A stretch of 61,886 bases of DNA, the filler included, from Perkinsus olseni (taxonomy: Eukaryota), in the NCBI GenBank assembly GCA_013115125.1. It is 2 parts of 2 records of this genome, joined end to end, with 100 filler letters (N's around TTAATTAATTAA, not from the genome) between each part and the next. Parts side by side here need not be neighbours in the genome. Positions count along the whole stretch, not along the records: positions 31,185 to 61,886 come from JABANN010000418.1; 1 more part is not named here. One strand, 5' to 3'. Below, one piece after another: positions 60,919-61,886 of this stretch. The translations under genes and the position numbers were made by a program. The notes below the pieces were generated by a model, which was not told the DNA's origin, did not search any database, and saw only the letters and a list, made by a program, of their open reading frames with translations. The stretch's first letter is position 1, and every line of letters begins with the position of its first letter.

Positions 60919-61886
60919 CTACTCGCAGACGTACGGCTGGAAGCGCACAAAATAAGAGGACCCGTTCAGAAAACGGTAGTATCCCAGCGTCCAACGACCA
61001 TCGGCCAGTATATCGGTTGGGGATGACTCCCCACCGAGATCAAATTCAGCTACCTTCTTCAGGCCATCTTGGGAGCGAAGGAAGCAAGTCGTCCCATCAG
61101 CGGACAGGGACAGATACAACGGCGGGCTGCTGCCTATGATAGGAGCGAGAAAGCCCTCAATTTTCTCAGCCTCCACTCTCATGTCCTTGATGGCCTCGAA
61201 ATTCATGAAGGGCTCACGCCTGACCATTCGTATTCTCACTTGATGCCAAACAGACTCCGACTTGAACTTGAGGTTGATGGACTGCGGGTCTCCCGGAACC
61301 GCATGGAGGAACATGCTTCCAGAGCTGCTCACACGCTGAAGGTCCGGGAGGAGAGCCAGTTTCAACTCCGTGCTTTCCCGCCATCGCACGAAATATAAAC
61401 CGATTCTAGATGAGCGCACTGCGATGTAAAGGATATCATCAACGACGGCCATCGCGTGGGTACATGCAGATTTCGAGAAAGGTAGTTCGATATTCAAGAA
61501 TATAGATCTGCTAGGCATTCGGTAGCCGACAAGGTGACTCCCGTCGCCGCTACGAGCCCAAAAAATGTAGCTGACGAAGAGGCAGCTGCGTGAAGAATCG
61601 TAACAACACGACTCGACACCAATGTAATGGGGCTCGATCGATGGTATCGGGAGACGCCCGATCACGCCCGTGGAGGCCTCCACAATCCTGGCACCCCTGA
61701 AGCCATTTCCGACGTGGAACGTCTCAATACCGTACAAAACTCTGTCGCGGTTAAAGGTGTTGTAACGGGGAGTATGCTTGGTGTAGACCATCTCGCTGGG
61801 ACCATCCAGTCTGAGCATAGGACTGCCACAGTAGCCCATAACCTCCCCGACTAACTCCGGGGGCATCACCCTCCCGTCACCCCCTC
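60919..61886 (-). CDS. hypothetical protein with an N-terminal F-box-like motif, paralog 2 (start lies beyond the window)
   Basis: Near-identical MPPELVGEVMGYCG.P.LRLDGPSE N terminus, with the remainder diverged. Confidence 0.75.
   Translation of the reverse strand, partial: GGDGRVMPPELVGEVMGYCGSPMLRLDGPSEMVYTKHTPRYNTFNRDRVLYGIETFHVGNGFRGARIVEASTGVIGRLPIPSIEPHYIGVESCCYDSSRSCLFVSYIFWARSGDGSHLVGYRMPSRSIFLNIELPFSKSACTHAMAVVDDILYIAVRSSRIGLYFVRWRESTELKLALLPDLQRVSSSGSMFLHAVPGDPQSINLKFKSESVWHQVRIRMVRREPFMNFEAIKDMRVEAEKIEGFLAPIIGSSPPLYLSLSADGTTCFLRSQDGLKKVAEFDLGGESSPTDILADGRWTLGYYRFLNGSSYFVRFQPYVCE

Overview
Eukaryotic, gene-dense, roughly 50% GC DNA with many short GT-AG introns. It is most consistent with a Perkinsus-like alveolate (inferred from intron size and gene content, not verified). 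A 100-nt artificial N/TTAATTAATTAA/N linker at 31085-31184 joins two contigs. Left part: tRNA-Ala(AGC), a decayed retroelement-like region, two copies of a lineage-specific secreted protein family, and a run of minus-strand genes (mitochondrial intermediate peptidase, CCCH+RING protein, membrane protein, rhomboid protease, Prp3, importin alpha, two rhomboid-like paralogs). The two paralogs are separated by a 5'-truncated RNase H-bearing LINE with a (CAA)18 tail and a 15-bp target-site duplication. Right part: two small Cys-rich secreted peptide genes, three more copies of the secreted family, a PIF/Harbinger-type MITE, a sodium:solute symporter, a PlsC-type acyltransferase, a large multi-exon GYSQG lipase-like gene, and two F-box-like paralogs. 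The most unusual signal is in the lipase-like gene: three of its introns carry different tRNA 3' halves placed flush against a splice site, and several other introns share short sequence motifs. This suggests an unrecognised route of intron creation or remodelling. Multi-exon gene boundaries were read by eye and are approximate.
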